Shown: positions 30,578 to 42,180 of the stretch, piece after piece
How the letters are laid out: each line of letters opens with the position of its first letter
How positions within the stretch are numbered: the first letter of the stretch is position 1
Assembly: GCA_963665115.1 (NCBI GenBank)
Contig: OY762007.1
Span: 5,344,001-5,408,000, forward strand
DNA length: 64,000 nucleotides
DNA from: an uncultured Rivularia sp.
GTDB lineage: Bacteria > Cyanobacteriota > Cyanobacteriia > Cyanobacteriales > Nostocaceae
Direction: 5' to 3'
Position numbers and translations under genes: made by a program
Notes under the pieces: generated by a model
Databases searched by the model: none
What the model was told of the DNA's origin: nothing
The model's input: the letters and a program-made list of their open reading frames with translations, nothing else

Positions 30578-32666
30578 ATGAATCCCAATTCAGAAAATCG
30601 CAATACGCAAAAAGCGGTTGAGAATCTAAGAGCCAGTGGTAATATCACAATTGGAAATATTACCCAAAATATAAACAATTCGAGTAATCTTCCTAAACCA
30701 ATAGGTTCCCACCAAAACCTTCCCCGCAGTGGTGTAATTAAATTTGTCGGAAGAGAAGAAGTTTTAGAAACCTTACATCAGCAGTTACAAGAAAACGAAC
30801 GGGTAGCGATTTCGGCAATTACTGGTATGGGTGGTATCGGTAAAACAGAATTAGCGCTGCAATATGGCGATCGCCATTGCAAACAAGGTACATATTCTGG
30901 TGGGGTTTGTTGGTTTCGAGTACGCAATGAAGATGTCGGAATTCAAATTATTAATTTTGCCAGAGAAATCGGTTTACAACCACCAGATGATTTTGATTTA
31001 CTAAACAAGGTTAAATATTGTTGGCGAAATTGGCAAGCTGGTGATGTATTGGTAGTATTTGACGATGTGAGGGAATACGAGCAGATAAAAGACTATTTAC
31101 CTCCCAAAGAAGCACGATTTAAACTTTTAGTAACTACCAGACAGCAGTGGTTAGGACAATCATTTAAGAAAGTGATTTTAAAAGTATTAGATGAAAAATA
31201 TGCTTTAGAATTGCTTATGTCTTTTGTTGGGGAATCAAGAATTTATCAAGAAAAGGAAGAAGCGAAAAAACTTTGTGCTGATTTGGGATATTTACCTTTA
31301 GGTTTGGAATTAGTAGCAAGGTATTTACAGCGTAAACCAAATTTATCCCTGGTGGAAATGCGTCAAAGATTGGCTTTAGAACATCGTTCGCTCCAAGAAA
31401 CATCAGGGGACATGACAGCACAATTGGGAGTTAAGGCTGCTTTTGAATTAAGTTGGCGAGAATTAAATCAACATGGACAAGGATTAGGTTGTTGGTTAAG
31501 TGTTTTTGCTTTAGCTCCGATTCCTTGGGAATTAGTTGAGCGTTGTTTACCGCAAGAAGACAAGGAATATTTAGAAGATGTTAGAGATGATTTTTTAGTA
31601 AATTTCAGTTTACTGGAGGATAAAGGGGAAAATACTTATCAACTGCATCAGTTAATTCGAGAGTTTTTGATAGGTAAGCGCGAAGAGTTACCTTATGCTG
31701 AAAATATTAAACTTCGGTTTTGTGAGTTAATCGCTAAAATTGGACGGAAAATTTCTCCGATTCCTACTCAATTAGAAATTATAGAACTTACTCCAATAAT
31801 TCCTCATATTGTAGAAACTGCAACTAATTTAAAAAATTATTTAACTGATGAATATTTCATTTCTCCCTTTGCTGGCTTGAGTCGATTTTATCAAGGACAA
31901 GCAACTTATGAGCAAGCGTTACCTTGGTGCGAGCAATGTTTAGCGACTTGTAGAGAACGTTTTGGAGAAGAACATCTTTACGTTGCGACTAGTTCAAATA
32001 ATCTGGCTTTAATTTACGTTTCACAGGGACGCTACCAAGGAGCAGAAACCCTTTTACTCCAAGCTTTGCAAATAAATAAAAAACTGCTGGGTGAAGAACA
32101 TCTTGACGTTGCACTAAGTTTGAATAGTCTAGCTGGACTTTACTACTCTCAGAGATGCTATCAAAAAGCAGAACCTCTCTTCTTACAAGCTTTGCAAATA
32201 AATAAAAAACGACTAGGGGAAGAACATCTTGACGTTGCACTAAGTTTAAATAATTTGGCTGCATTTTACTACTCACAGGGACGTTACCAAGATGCAGAAC
32301 CCCTCTTCCTCCAAGCTTTGAAAATGTGGAAAAAACTGCTGGGAGAAGAAGACCCCCTACGTTGCAAATAGTTTGAATAATCTAGCAGGGCTTTACGTTT
32401 CACAGCTACGCTACCAAGAAGCAGAATCTCTTCACAAGCAAGCTTTGCAAATGAGAAAAAAACTGCTTGGAGAAGAACATCACGACGTTGCAAATAGTTT
32501 GAATAATCTGGCAGAACTTTACCATTCACAAGAGCGTTATGAAGAAGCAGAACCTCTTTATCTGCAAGCTTTATCAGTCGCTGAAAAAACATTGGGAATA
32601 AATCATCCTCACACTAATGCTATCCGTGAGAATCTGCAATATTTACGCGATGTTCACAATTCATAA
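30578..32666 (+). CDS. NB-ARC + TPR NLR-like receptor with short N-terminal motif (apparent +1 frameshift at CCCCC 32353-32357)
   Basis: FVGRE, GMGGIGKT, LVVFDDV, LVTTR, GYLPLGL, LHQLI, then 42-aa TPRs continuing in ORF 32373-32666. Confidence 0.9.
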
Positions 32667-33087
32667 TTTTAGGAAGCTGTTGTTCTTTTGGTGATATCAT
32701 TCCCTTTTTGCAAAAATATGAATTTAAAAAAACCGCAGAGACGCAGAGAACCCAGAGGAAAGAAATAAAGAGAGATAATTTAGAGCGGTATAGAATAAAT
32801 TTAGAATCAAAATGCTATTACTCTACTTTTATAAACCGCAAATAATTATAAAAAATTTGTGCAACAGGTTGTTGCACTATTAGTTTATTAAAATAACCTT
32901 CTGCAAAAGCCCTGCGTATAAAAAATTGAAACAAATTAATTCGTCCAACAACTTGTTGGGCTATTTCTCATTAACCCACGCAGGTGGGTTTTGCCCGTGT
33001 AGACAAGCCACTGCGTTGGGCGGGTTCCCCGACTTGTAGCAAGTGGCGCGCGGTTTCCAACCGCCAGGTAAAATATAAACCACACCA

Positions 33088-35355
33088 TCATTCCTGATAA
33101 ACCAAAACCGGAACTCTTTTAAAAGCCGGAGTACCGCAACGCTCTTCAACTTCCGCTTTAAATATCGCATTAACTTCCGGATAAAACATTACTCCGGCAC
33201 CTTCACGCACCTCTCCAAAAATAATTTCCACATTCTCTAATTCCCCCACATTTCCTCTTACATTAACCCGTTGATGTTGTCTAAACCCTGCTTTTCCAAC
33301 ATCATTTTTATTCATTAAAATACAGTTACGATGCGGTATTCCGCGATATTTATCTTCAGTTTGATAAACTACTGTATTATGTTGCGCGTAACTGCGTCCG
33401 GTCATTAATGCGACAACTATTCCTTGGGTACTATCGGCAACGTCAAAGTCTTTTATTTTAGGAAGTTTTAATTCTGGTAATGGTGTAACAAACATTTTGG
33501 CTTTACCGGAAGGTGTGGAAAATTTAGGACTTTTTAAAATTCTTCCTTCAATAGTAAATTCTTCTTCTGTTTTGTCAATCTCCCCGATTTTCTCGTATCC
33601 GGGAATTGTTTGAGCTATCAATTGTCTAACGTATTTAGTATCTTGTAATTTACGCCAGTTGACGGGATATTCACCATGTATTCGATGTGCTAATTCTGTA
33701 AGAAAATCAACTTCTGAAATCAAGTCGGATTTTTTGAGATGGGTTTCTCCTTCGTCGTTGAGTCTGACAAAGTTATTACCGGATTCAACTGTAGTTTTGT
33801 GAGGATTTTCAAAGCGGTTAAATACAGGAATAATAATCGTATTTTTATTAGCTAATCCGTGGAAATGTCCGAGGTTTGGTTTTGTTGCTAAATAAATGAT
33901 GGTTTCAATTTTATTTAGCGCTCTTTTTACTTTATTCAAATCGGGATTAGCAGCATATAAATTACCACCGACGCAAATTAATGTATCAACTTTGCCAGCG
34001 TCAGCAGCTTCAATTAAAGCGTGGGTATCGTATCCTTTGACTTTGGAGAGCGATCGCCCTAATATTTTTTCTAATGCTTGTTGAATTTCTTTTTTAAGCC
34101 TTACCGTGACACCCATTGAGCCGAAACCTTGGACGTTTGAATGTCCCCGTATCGGCATGACTCCAGCACCTTCTTTACCGATATTACCAGTCATCAAAGC
34201 GGTATTGACAATACTATAAATGTTATCAACACCGTTTTTTTGCTGAGTAATTCCCATAGCCCAAGCAAATACAACTTTTTGAGAATTAATAATTATATTC
34301 GCAGCGGTTTCAATTTCTATTTGAGACACACCGCAAATAGAAGTAATCTTATCCCAACTTGTATTTTCGACATGATTAATTACCGCTTGCCAATCTTCGG
34401 TATAAGCTTGTAAAAACTCATTTTTAATTTTACCTTTTGCTAATAAATATTTTTGAATTCCTGTAAATAATCCCACATCGCTACCGGGAATTGGCTGTAA
34501 ATAAATTGAAGCAATATCCGAACCTGTAAACAATGAATTTAAAAAAGCAGGGGAAGCAAATTTTTCTAAACCAACTTCCTTCATTGGATTAATTACAATT
34601 ATTTTCCCTCCACGCTCCCTTAATTTAATCAATTCATTCATCAACCGGGGATGATTGTAAGCAGCATTTGAACCAGCTAATACAATGCAATCCGCTTGTT
34701 TCAAACTTTCTAAACTAACAATAGAAGTACCAGTACCAAGAGTTTGTTTCAATCCAAAACTCGAAGGAGCATGACATAAATCCGAACAGTCAGCTAAATT
34801 ATTAGAACCCAAAGTTCTCATCATTAACTGTAATAAAAATGCCGCTTCATTAGATGAACGCCCGGAACTGTAAGAAGCTATTCTCTCCGGGGTTTTAGCA
34901 AAAGCTCGATCGCAAATACTATAAATTTCATTCCACGAAATACGTTCGTAATGCGACTTCCCCGCACGCAAAATTACAGGGAAACTCCATCTTCCCAATC
35001 TATCAGCTTCTCGTGAAGTTAATTGCTGCAATTTTTCAATATTTCGCTGTTGAAAAAACTGCTTGGGAATCGCTGGTTGAATTTCTGCTGAAATCGACTC
35101 AACACTCTTCATACACCGCTGCAACTTTTCCCCTTCTTCGTTAGTAAAACCACCTTTTTGTCCACCAGTACCCCAAGCACAAGATAAACAAGCGCTTTTA
35201 TGCAATAAAGTTTTCCAAAGTTTGACTCCTTCGGGTGACAAAGTATGTTCAGCCCAATAGCCGATAATAGGTAAACCTCCACCCATATCCGGTGCATTTT
35301 CGTTTGTATTGTCAAATGTCGGAGTTGGTTTGGGGTAGGAATTATCTTTATTCAT
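33088..35355 (-). CDS. FdhF/YdeP family molybdopterin oxidoreductase
   Basis: CLSCAW, YSSGRSSNEAAF, DCSDLCH, PIRGHSNVQG, GRSYAQHNT. Confidence 0.9.
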   Translation of the reverse strand: MNKDNSYPKPTPTFDNTNENAPDMGGGLPIIGYWAEHTLSPEGVKLWKTLLHKSACLSCAWGTGGQKGGFTNEEGEKLQRCMKSVESISAEIQPAIPKQFFQQRNIEKLQQLTSREADRLGRWSFPVILRAGKSHYERISWNEIYSICDRAFAKTPERIASYSSGRSSNEAAFLLQLMMRTLGSNNLADCSDLCHAPSSFGLKQTLGTGTSIVSLESLKQADCIVLAGSNAAYNHPRLMNELIKLRERGGKIIVINPMKEVGLEKFASPAFLNSLFTGSDIASIYLQPIPGSDVGLFTGIQKYLLAKGKIKNEFLQAYTEDWQAVINHVENTSWDKITSICGVSQIEIETAANIIINSQKVVFAWAMGITQQKNGVDNIYSIVNTALMTGNIGKEGAGVMPIRGHSNVQGFGSMGVTVRLKKEIQQALEKILGRSLSKVKGYDTHALIEAADAGKVDTLICVGGNLYAANPDLNKVKRALNKIETIIYLATKPNLGHFHGLANKNTIIIPVFNRFENPHKTTVESGNNFVRLNDEGETHLKKSDLISEVDFLTELAHRIHGEYPVNWRKLQDTKYVRQLIAQTIPGYEKIGEIDKTEEEFTIEGRILKSPKFSTPSGKAKMFVTPLPELKLPKIKDFDVADSTQGIVVALMTGRSYAQHNTVVYQTEDKYRGIPHRNCILMNKNDVGKAGFRQHQRVNVRGNVGELENVEIIFGEVREGAGVMFYPEVNAIFKAEVEERCGTPAFKRVPVLVYQE

Positions 35356-35565
35356 ATGACTTACCAATAATAAGAAGGTAGCGAACATCTCTAAGGTGCC
35401 CACTCTCTTCTTTATATATAGAATCACTATTAATAAATGGAACGTTATACACCATCAGCAATCGGATAATCTCGCATCTTCCTACCTGCATCGGTTCAAA
35501 CGCTGCTCATAGCGACTGATAGGCTTAACATATGAGTCCTATAAAACAAACTTTATTAAAAAAAC

Positions 35566-35594
35566 TTTACAAAACGTAAAAAACACGTTAATGT
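35566..35594 (+). promoter_or_regulatory. Putative psbA promoter
   Basis: TTTACA-N17-TAATGT, ~60 bp upstream of the ATG. Confidence 0.45.
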
Positions 35595-35656
35595 ATAAAT
35601 GTAGGTAAGCGAAAAAGCTTACTGATATATATAAGACAAACGCAATTATCTGAACC

Positions 35657-36739
35657 ATGACAACCACATTACAAAGACGCGAAAGCGCATCAGCGTGGGA
35701 GCAGTTCTGTGGGTGGATTACAAGCACCAATAACCGTTTATACATCGGTTGGTTTGGTATGTTGATGATTCCTACCCTCTTAGCTGCTACCACCTGTTTC
35801 ATCATCGCTTTTGTTGCAGCACCTCCTGTTGACATCGATGGTATCCGCGAGCCTGTTGCAGGTTCGTTGATTTACGGAAACAACATCATCTCCGGTGCTG
35901 TTGTTCCTTCTTCTAACGCTATTGGTTTGCACTTCTACCCAATCTGGGAAGCAGCTTCTCTAGATGAGTGGTTGTACAACGGTGGTCCTTACCAGTTGGT
36001 ATGTTTCCACTTCCTAATTGGCGTATTTTGCTACTTAGGTCGTGAGTGGGAATTATCTTACCGCTTGGGTATGCGTCCTTGGATCTGTGTTGCATTCTCT
36101 GCTCCAGTAGCAGCAGCAACCGCAGTATTCTTGATCTACCCCATTGGACAAGGCTCTTTCTCTGACGGTATGCCTTTAGGTATTTCTGGTACCTTTAACT
36201 TCATGTTCGTGTTCCAAGCTGAACACAACATTTTGATGCACCCCTTCCACCAGTTAGGTGTTGCAGGTGTATTCGGCGGAAGCTTATTCAGTGCAATGCA
36301 CGGTTCTTTGGTAACTTCAAGTTTGGTACGTGAAACAACTGAAACCGAATCTCAGAACTACGGTTACAAATTCGGTCAAGAAGAAGAAACTTACAACATC
36401 GTAGCTGCACACGGTTACTTTGGTCGTTTGATCTTCCAATACGCTTCCTTCAACAACAGCCGTAGCTTGCACTTCTTCTTAGCAGCATGGCCTGTAGTAG
36501 GAATCTGGTTTACCGCTTTGGGAATCAGCACAATGGCGTTCAACTTGAACGGTTTCAACTTCAACCAGTCAGTAATCGATTCTAGCGGTAGAGTTGTAAA
36601 TACCTGGGCTGATGTATTGAACAGAGCTAACTTGGGTATGGAAGTAATGCACGAGCGTAACGCTCACAACTTCCCACTTGATTTGGCTGCTGGCGAAACT
36701 GCTCCTGTAGCAATCAGCGCTCCCGCAATCAACGGTTAA
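35657..36739 (+). CDS. psbA: Photosystem II D1 protein, standard O2-evolving form with Glu130 (D1:2 type)
   Basis: 360 aa; Y161, D170, E189, H332, E333, D342 and A344 present; GREWEL. Confidence 0.99.
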   Translation: MTTTLQRRESASAWEQFCGWITSTNNRLYIGWFGMLMIPTLLAATTCFIIAFVAAPPVDIDGIREPVAGSLIYGNNIISGAVVPSSNAIGLHFYPIWEAASLDEWLYNGGPYQLVCFHFLIGVFCYLGREWELSYRLGMRPWICVAFSAPVAAATAVFLIYPIGQGSFSDGMPLGISGTFNFMFVFQAEHNILMHPFHQLGVAGVFGGSLFSAMHGSLVTSSLVRETTETESQNYGYKFGQEEETYNIVAAHGYFGRLIFQYASFNNSRSLHFFLAAWPVVGIWFTALGISTMAFNLNGFNFNQSVIDSSGRVVNTWADVLNRANLGMEVMHERNAHNFPLDLAAGETAPVAISAPAING

Positions 36740-36785
36740 TAATTAAATAATTTGGAGACGTAGCACTGCTACGTCTCTACATCAT

Positions 36786-36820
36786 AAAAACGCCTTCCGA
36801 GCAATCGGGAGGCGTTTTTT
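36786..36820 (+). terminator. psbA terminator
   Basis: AAAAACGCCTTCCGA-GCAA-TCGGGAGGCGTTTTTT. Confidence 0.85.
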
Positions 36821-36929
36821 GCTGTGCGATTTTTATTCTGTTTAAAATACAAGTAGTTATTATAGGTTCAAAATTTTAATTTTAACTTCACTGTTAACAT
36901 CGAAATAGAACTAAATTAGAAAAATAATC

Positions 36930-37511
36930 ATGGTGGCAATTCCTAATTATCAATACATGACACCCCAGGAATACTTAGACTGGGAGGAACAACAACCGCT
37001 TAAATACGAATACATTGACGGCGAAGCTTTTGCGATGACGGGGGGAACCGTCAATCATGGAACTATTGGTGCTAATTGTCATTATCAATTAAAAACTCAC
37101 CTTCGAGGAGGCTCGTGTCGTGCGTTTGTTTTCGATGTGAAACTCGGTATATCAGAAAATGGTCCCTTTCACTACCCCGATGTAATGGTAAGTTGCAATG
37201 AAATAGATAAACGCGCCACAAAAGTAATTTATCATCCTTGTTTAATTGTCGAAGTTCTTTCTCCTAGTACCGAAGGAATAGATAGAGGAAAAAAATTTCA
37301 AAACTATCGACAAATATCAACTTTAAAAGAATATATTTTAATCAGCGCAGAACAAATAATGGTCGAATGTTTCCGACTCAATGATAAAGGTTTGTGGGAA
37401 CTTCAAACTTATAATCAAGGTGATGAAATTAATTTAACAAGCGTTGATTTCAAATTTCCTATTGAATTACTTTACGAAGATGTAATATTTGAAAATACCG
37501 AATCAAATTAA
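36930..37511 (+). CDS. Uma2 family protein
   Basis: [23 protein letters not shown]. Confidence 0.92.
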   Translation: MVAIPNYQYMTPQEYLDWEEQQPLKYEYIDGEAFAMTGGTVNHGTIGANCHYQLKTHLRGGSCRAFVFDVKLGISENGPFHYPDVMVSCNEIDKRATKVIYHPCLIVEVLSPSTEGIDRGKKFQNYRQISTLKEYILISAEQIMVECFRLNDKGLWELQTYNQGDEINLTSVDFKFPIELLYEDVIFENTESN

Positions 37512-37625
37512 TTATCAATTATCAATTACCAATTATCAATTACCAATTACCAATCACCAATTACCAACTACCGATTTTACCAACTCCCAATGCCCAATGC
37601 CCTATGCCCAATGCCCTATTCCCAT
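37512..37625. repeat. Heptamer short tandem repeats (CCAATTA, CCAATGC; STRR-type)
   Basis: Visible directly. Similar tracts at 8525-8652, 10495-10630, 38545-38590, 47820-47876, 54140-54186 and 57130-57280. Confidence 0.85.
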
Positions 37626-37666
37626 TACAATAACGACGATATGACTTAAATTTACGGGAAATTATA

Positions 37667-38539
37667 ATGACTCAGGCTCAAATTGGAGTTATCGGTGGCA
37701 GTGGTTTATACAAGATGGATGCGCTGAAAAATGTTGAAGAAATCGAGATAGAAACTCCTTTTGGTAAACCTTCCGATGCTTTGATTGTAGGTAAATTAGA
37801 AGATACGACCGTTGCTTTTTTACCCAGACACAACCGCAATCATACGCTTTTACCTTCGGAGTTACCGTTTCGCGCTAATATTTACGCCATGAAAAAGCTG
37901 GGTGTGGAGTATATTATCTCAGCTTCTGCGGTGGGTTCGTTGAAAGAAGAAGTTAAACCGTTGGATATGGTGGTACCAAACCAGTTTATTGACAGAACAA
38001 AAAATCGAATTTCTACCTTTTTCGGTGAAGGAATAATTGCTCATATTGCTTTTGGCGACCCAATTTGCAATAATTTAGCTGAGATTTTAGCAAGTGCGAT
38101 CGCCTCACTAAATCTCCCTGATGTTACTTTACATCGCGGCGGTACTTATGTATGTATGGAAGGGCCAGCTTTTTCTACAAAAGCGGAATCAAACCTTTAT
38201 CGGAGTTGGGATGCAACGGTTATCGGCATGACTAATTTAACCGAAGCGAAGTTAGCAAGAGAAGCGGAGATTGCTTATACTACCTTGGCTTTAGTGACAG
38301 ATTACGATTGCTGGCATCCCGACCATGATAGTGTAACTGTAGAAATGGTAGTCGGTAATTTACAAAAAAATGCCGTCAACGCTCAAAAGGTAATTCAAGA
38401 AACGGTAAAACGTGTAAGTCAAAATTTCCCGGATAGCGAAGCACATTCAGCTTTGAAAGATGCACTTTTTACAGCTTTGGATAAAGCACCAGCTAAGACG
38501 AAAGAAAAATTAAAGCTGTTGTTGCAGAAGTATTTGTAA
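37667..38539 (+). CDS. mtnP: S-methyl-5'-thioadenosine phosphorylase
   Basis: [37 protein letters not shown]. Confidence 0.93.
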   Translation: MTQAQIGVIGGSGLYKMDALKNVEEIEIETPFGKPSDALIVGKLEDTTVAFLPRHNRNHTLLPSELPFRANIYAMKKLGVEYIISASAVGSLKEEVKPLDMVVPNQFIDRTKNRISTFFGEGIIAHIAFGDPICNNLAEILASAIASLNLPDVTLHRGGTYVCMEGPAFSTKAESNLYRSWDATVIGMTNLTEAKLAREAEIAYTTLALVTDYDCWHPDHDSVTVEMVVGNLQKNAVNAQKVIQETVKRVSQNFPDSEAHSALKDALFTALDKAPAKTKEKLKLLLQKYL

Positions 38540-38691
38540 GAATTGGTAATAGGGGATTGGGCATTGGGGATTGGGCATTGGGGATTGGAAACAGTTAGGG
38601 AGTTTTCTGCCTGCCACTACAAATTGTTTATTTATAAATCTTTCTCCTTGTCTCCCCTCTTCCCCCTTTCTCCATTAGCTATTACCAATTA

Positions 38692-38860
38692 CGGTGTTGC
38701 TGAATCCGGGTATGAGTTTATTTTTTCCTTGATAGTGATGCCGCCTAAATCCCCCAATTCTGGGGGACTTTTAATTATCTTGTTTCCTCATAATTGGAGG
38801 CTCGCGGGGGCTATTCATACTTTTATATGGCTAGCACCACGCTTCGCTAACAGCAACGCT
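38692..38860. mobile_element. MITE-like element with nested repeats
   Basis: GTTGCTGAATCCGGGTATGA ... TCATAC...CAGCAACGC ends; internal CCCCCAATTCTGGGGG hairpin and an ACGCTTCGCTAAC insert. Confidence 0.55.
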
Positions 38861-38915
38861 GAATTTGCTATTTATACAATAAAGCGGGTAATATTACCCA
38901 CTTCCTAATCGATTT

Positions 38916-41633
38916 CTAACTAAAGAACCAACGTCCTATTTGTCCATCATCAAGATCGACATAATAAAGCTTTCCATCGGGACCTTCGATAATCTGCACG
39001 ACTACATTAGCACCCGTTGCAAATGTATCTACAGAAGTAACATTTCCTAATTCGTCAAAGCTGACATTACGAACAATTCCTTGACCTAAATCATTAAAAA
39101 ATAAGTCTCCTTGATACTCTTCGGGGAAAACATTATCCGTATAAATATCTCCTAAAACAATGGCATTAATTCCCGTGGTACCGTGATTCAAGCCTAATAG
39201 AGAAGGGGTAACTTGTTGGTTGCTAGCATAAAAAGCTTGAGCTGCTGCTAAATTTCTGTAACCACCTGTTTGTAAACTATTGCCATTACCACCTTCATAA
39301 TACGGCCAGCCAAAGTTAGCTCCTGCACCAGCACTATTAATTTCTTCCCATTGCGTCCAACCGACATCCCCTACATAAAGGTCGCCATTTCGGGGGTCTA
39401 CGGTAATACGGAAGGGGTTACGCAAACCTAACTGATACACTTTTGAACGGTTAGAATCAGGGTCCCCATTGTAAAAAGGATTAATAGATATGTGGTTGTT
39501 GTTGATATCCCAACCATTTTGATAAGTATCAAATTCGATTGCTAAACTTTGAGAAATACCAGGAGTAGAAGTATCCTGTATACTGCCATAGCCAAGGTCC
39601 CCTCCTCTAAAACCTAATGCATTTAGGGCTTGGGTGCTATTTTGCAGCATGAAAGTAAATCCATCAGCACCTCCACTTCCTCCTGAAAGTTGGAATTGGA
39701 ATTGAGTCTCAAAAGAAGTACTAGCATTAATAGCTAATGGTCGGTCAAAAAATGCGCTACCTACTTGGAATCCTTGAGAAGATGTCAATCTGAGTGCATT
39801 ACCGGCTTGAGTTGCATTACCGTTCAGGGTGAGTGGAGTAGTATCGGCAAAGTTATCAAAGTCAAGAATTGGTTCTAGTCCAGTTTCATTATCGAGAATA
39901 TTAACTAATGCAGTTCTTGGAGCGAGTAAGGTTGCACCACCAATAATATTATCGATTGTAAAACTAAAATTTTCTCTTCCTTCTGCTAAGCTATCATCCA
40001 AAATCGGAATAGTTACAGCTTTTCTTGTTTCACCATCTGCAAAGGTAACAGTACCAGTAGTAGCACTGTAGTCATCTTCGGCAGTTGCAGTCGCATCAAA
40101 AGTCTGATAATCAACTGTTACAGTACCATCGCTTCCTTGAGTACGCTCAATGATTACATCAACCGTACCGTCTGTTTCGTTAACTTGATAATTATTGGTT
40201 TCTAGCTTAATGACACCAGGATTATCTTGATTATCAATCAATCTAACTTCAACATCATCTAAATAAGCCCCCAAACGGTCGCTGTTACCAATAGCGCGAA
40301 ATTCTAATGGGGTACTATTATCGCTTGCGCTGACATTATAAGTATAGGTTTGCCAGCTATTACTACTTCCTCCAGACCGACTGATGGTATCAATTAATTG
40401 TCCATCCCAGTAAACAGCAATACCATTACTTGCACTCGAAACATTAGCACGAGGACTGTAGGCAAAAGAAAGTTGATATTCGCTGTTGACAGTAGTTTGT
40501 AGATTTTGAATTATTCCACCATTACCCCGACTGTCTAATTCAACCCAAGCAGTACCATCATCTGCATTTCCGAACCGATTAGTTAGCTCTTGAACTTCGA
40601 TTACTGATTGAATCGTAGGGGACCAACCGGGTAAATTTGTAACCAATCCCCACCTGTTAACTGCAATTGGATTATTTTCAAAGCTACCGTTGGTGACAAT
40701 GTTTGAGCCGAGATTAGGAGTGGTGGTGTTATCTATTTCGATGATGCCACGTAATCGAGCCGTCGGGAAATGGTCATCCCACTGACGACTTCTTCCATAA
40801 TTTATCCAGCCAAAGTCTTGAGAACCACCGCCATTATTGGGTTCTCCAGGATACCAATTAGTATAGGTGACAGTTTCTCCACTAGCCCATTCAAACTGTC
40901 CTTCAACACGACGGTCATTAATTCCAATCCAAAAACCTTCATTTTCTCCAAAGGTTTGTTTGAGCCAAGTTTCTTCAGTAGAGTTATTAATCGTAACTAA
41001 ATTCCCTCCCAAACTTTCAGCTTCGGCTTGAGCTTGTTCCCAGCTTTTAACACCATTAGTTAATAAATATTCTTTACCGTTATAAGTAGGTAAAATTGAT
41101 TGATAAGTATTTCGCGTAGCAGCATCAATGGCTAAATTAGCTTCGATATTGCCGACAGTTACTTCTAAGTCCCAATCACCACCTAATTGACTATTACCAG
41201 TTAAATCATCAGAGGCTGCGACATCAGCATTAGTTAATTTACTGAAATTGTTAACGAAGTCAATTCCTGTGATTCCTGCGGCAACATTGCAACCATAAAA
41301 AAGAATATCGCCATTTTCTTTTAAAGAGTCAGACCAGGTTGCTAAATCTTTACTATAGCTACTTAAATTACTAGTATTGAGATTAGTTGAGCCTAATTGT
41401 AGAGAACCTGCTTCACCGTGAGAAAGGATATGAATGCTATCAATTTGATGATAATTAGATAGGGTTTCGGTAATTTGTTCTATACCATCAGAACTCGAAT
41501 CTAAGAGAATTACCTGTGCATTGTTAGCTCCTGAAATTAGAGTTTGATAATTATCTATATTTGAGTCAATAAAAAGAATATTGGAATTAACTTCAAAGTT
41601 TGTATTAATATTGATATCGTTAATATCTATCAT
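38916..41633 (-). CDS. Secreted-type mosaic protein: DUF4347, C-type lectin, DUF642-like, Calx-beta, partial L-lectin, partial PQQ/GSDH propeller
   Basis: SHGEAGSL/YGCNVA; WIGIND..EG..W, EPNN; NGSFE..ELD; GTVTFADGET; GADGFTF, AIEFDTY; GLRNPFR, GDVGW, NFGWP. Confidence 0.8.
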   Translation of the reverse strand: MIDINDININTNFEVNSNILFIDSNIDNYQTLISGANNAQVILLDSSSDGIEQITETLSNYHQIDSIHILSHGEAGSLQLGSTNLNTSNLSSYSKDLATWSDSLKENGDILFYGCNVAAGITGIDFVNNFSKLTNADVAASDDLTGNSQLGGDWDLEVTVGNIEANLAIDAATRNTYQSILPTYNGKEYLLTNGVKSWEQAQAEAESLGGNLVTINNSTEETWLKQTFGENEGFWIGINDRRVEGQFEWASGETVTYTNWYPGEPNNGGGSQDFGWINYGRSRQWDDHFPTARLRGIIEIDNTTTPNLGSNIVTNGSFENNPIAVNRWGLVTNLPGWSPTIQSVIEVQELTNRFGNADDGTAWVELDSRGNGGIIQNLQTTVNSEYQLSFAYSPRANVSSASNGIAVYWDGQLIDTISRSGGSSNSWQTYTYNVSASDNSTPLEFRAIGNSDRLGAYLDDVEVRLIDNQDNPGVIKLETNNYQVNETDGTVDVIIERTQGSDGTVTVDYQTFDATATAEDDYSATTGTVTFADGETRKAVTIPILDDSLAEGRENFSFTIDNIIGGATLLAPRTALVNILDNETGLEPILDFDNFADTTPLTLNGNATQAGNALRLTSSQGFQVGSAFFDRPLAINASTSFETQFQFQLSGGSGGADGFTFMLQNSTQALNALGFRGGDLGYGSIQDTSTPGISQSLAIEFDTYQNGWDINNNHISINPFYNGDPDSNRSKVYQLGLRNPFRITVDPRNGDLYVGDVGWTQWEEINSAGAGANFGWPYYEGGNGNSLQTGGYRNLAAAQAFYASNQQVTPSLLGLNHGTTGINAIVLGDIYTDNVFPEEYQGDLFFNDLGQGIVRNVSFDELGNVTSVDTFATGANVVVQIIEGPDGKLYYVDLDDGQIGRWFFS

Positions 41634-42055
41634 TTATTAATGATTATTGAAAAATATCCTTCTTTAATTTCTTGTAGAAGGTATTATCAAAACTATCATT
41701 AGATATTCGTAGATAAAATCAAGAAATGGTAAAATAGGAATTGCTAGTATAAAAATAAAATCAAGATTACTTAGGCTTTATTTTATATACAAATCAAGAA
41801 TATATGAAGCGATTTATTAACATTAAAAATTGATAATTTATGATTAAATAATATTTTTAATCGGAATTAATCTGAAATTAGAATCAAGTTTCAGTATATT
41901 TAATCTTTATAAGGTTGATTTGGATGGCAAGAGATATTCATCTCAAAAAACTTTTGTCATATCAGTTGCGGTTAATGCTTACTGTATGTGATATATAGTC
42001 GCGACAAAATTAGACGAAAGAATACAAATGCTATATTCACTAAAACTGGTACTAC

Positions 42056-42179
42056 TAGTCCTTTTCATTTGTTCTGACGGGTAAAGATGCGGAGGGGGAA
42101 GAGGGGGAAGAGAGGGTAGAGGGGGTAGAATAATCTTTTATTTTTTCTATACACCCATCAGAATTTATGCAATCAACTA
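42056..42179. mobile_element. MITE carrying GA-rich repeats
   Basis: Imperfect 27-bp TIR (19/27), TAGT...TTCTGAyGGGT. Confidence 0.55.
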
Positions 42180-42180
42180 C

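Noticed and set aside
28748..32666. Diversity-generating retroelement acting on Uma2 or TPR repeats
   Set aside because: There is no reverse transcriptase in the window, and the differences between copies are not restricted to adenines.
27959..33000. Integrative element or prophage at tRNA-Pro
   Set aside because: There is no integrase, and I saw no duplicated tRNA 3' end; at most this is a variable region.
35657..36739. Atypical D1 (rogue D1 or chlorophyll f synthase)
   Set aside because: All Mn-cluster ligands and the processing site are canonical.
41955..41962. Fourth TGTCATAT regulator box
   Set aside because: It is a single half-site with no partner at 11 bp.
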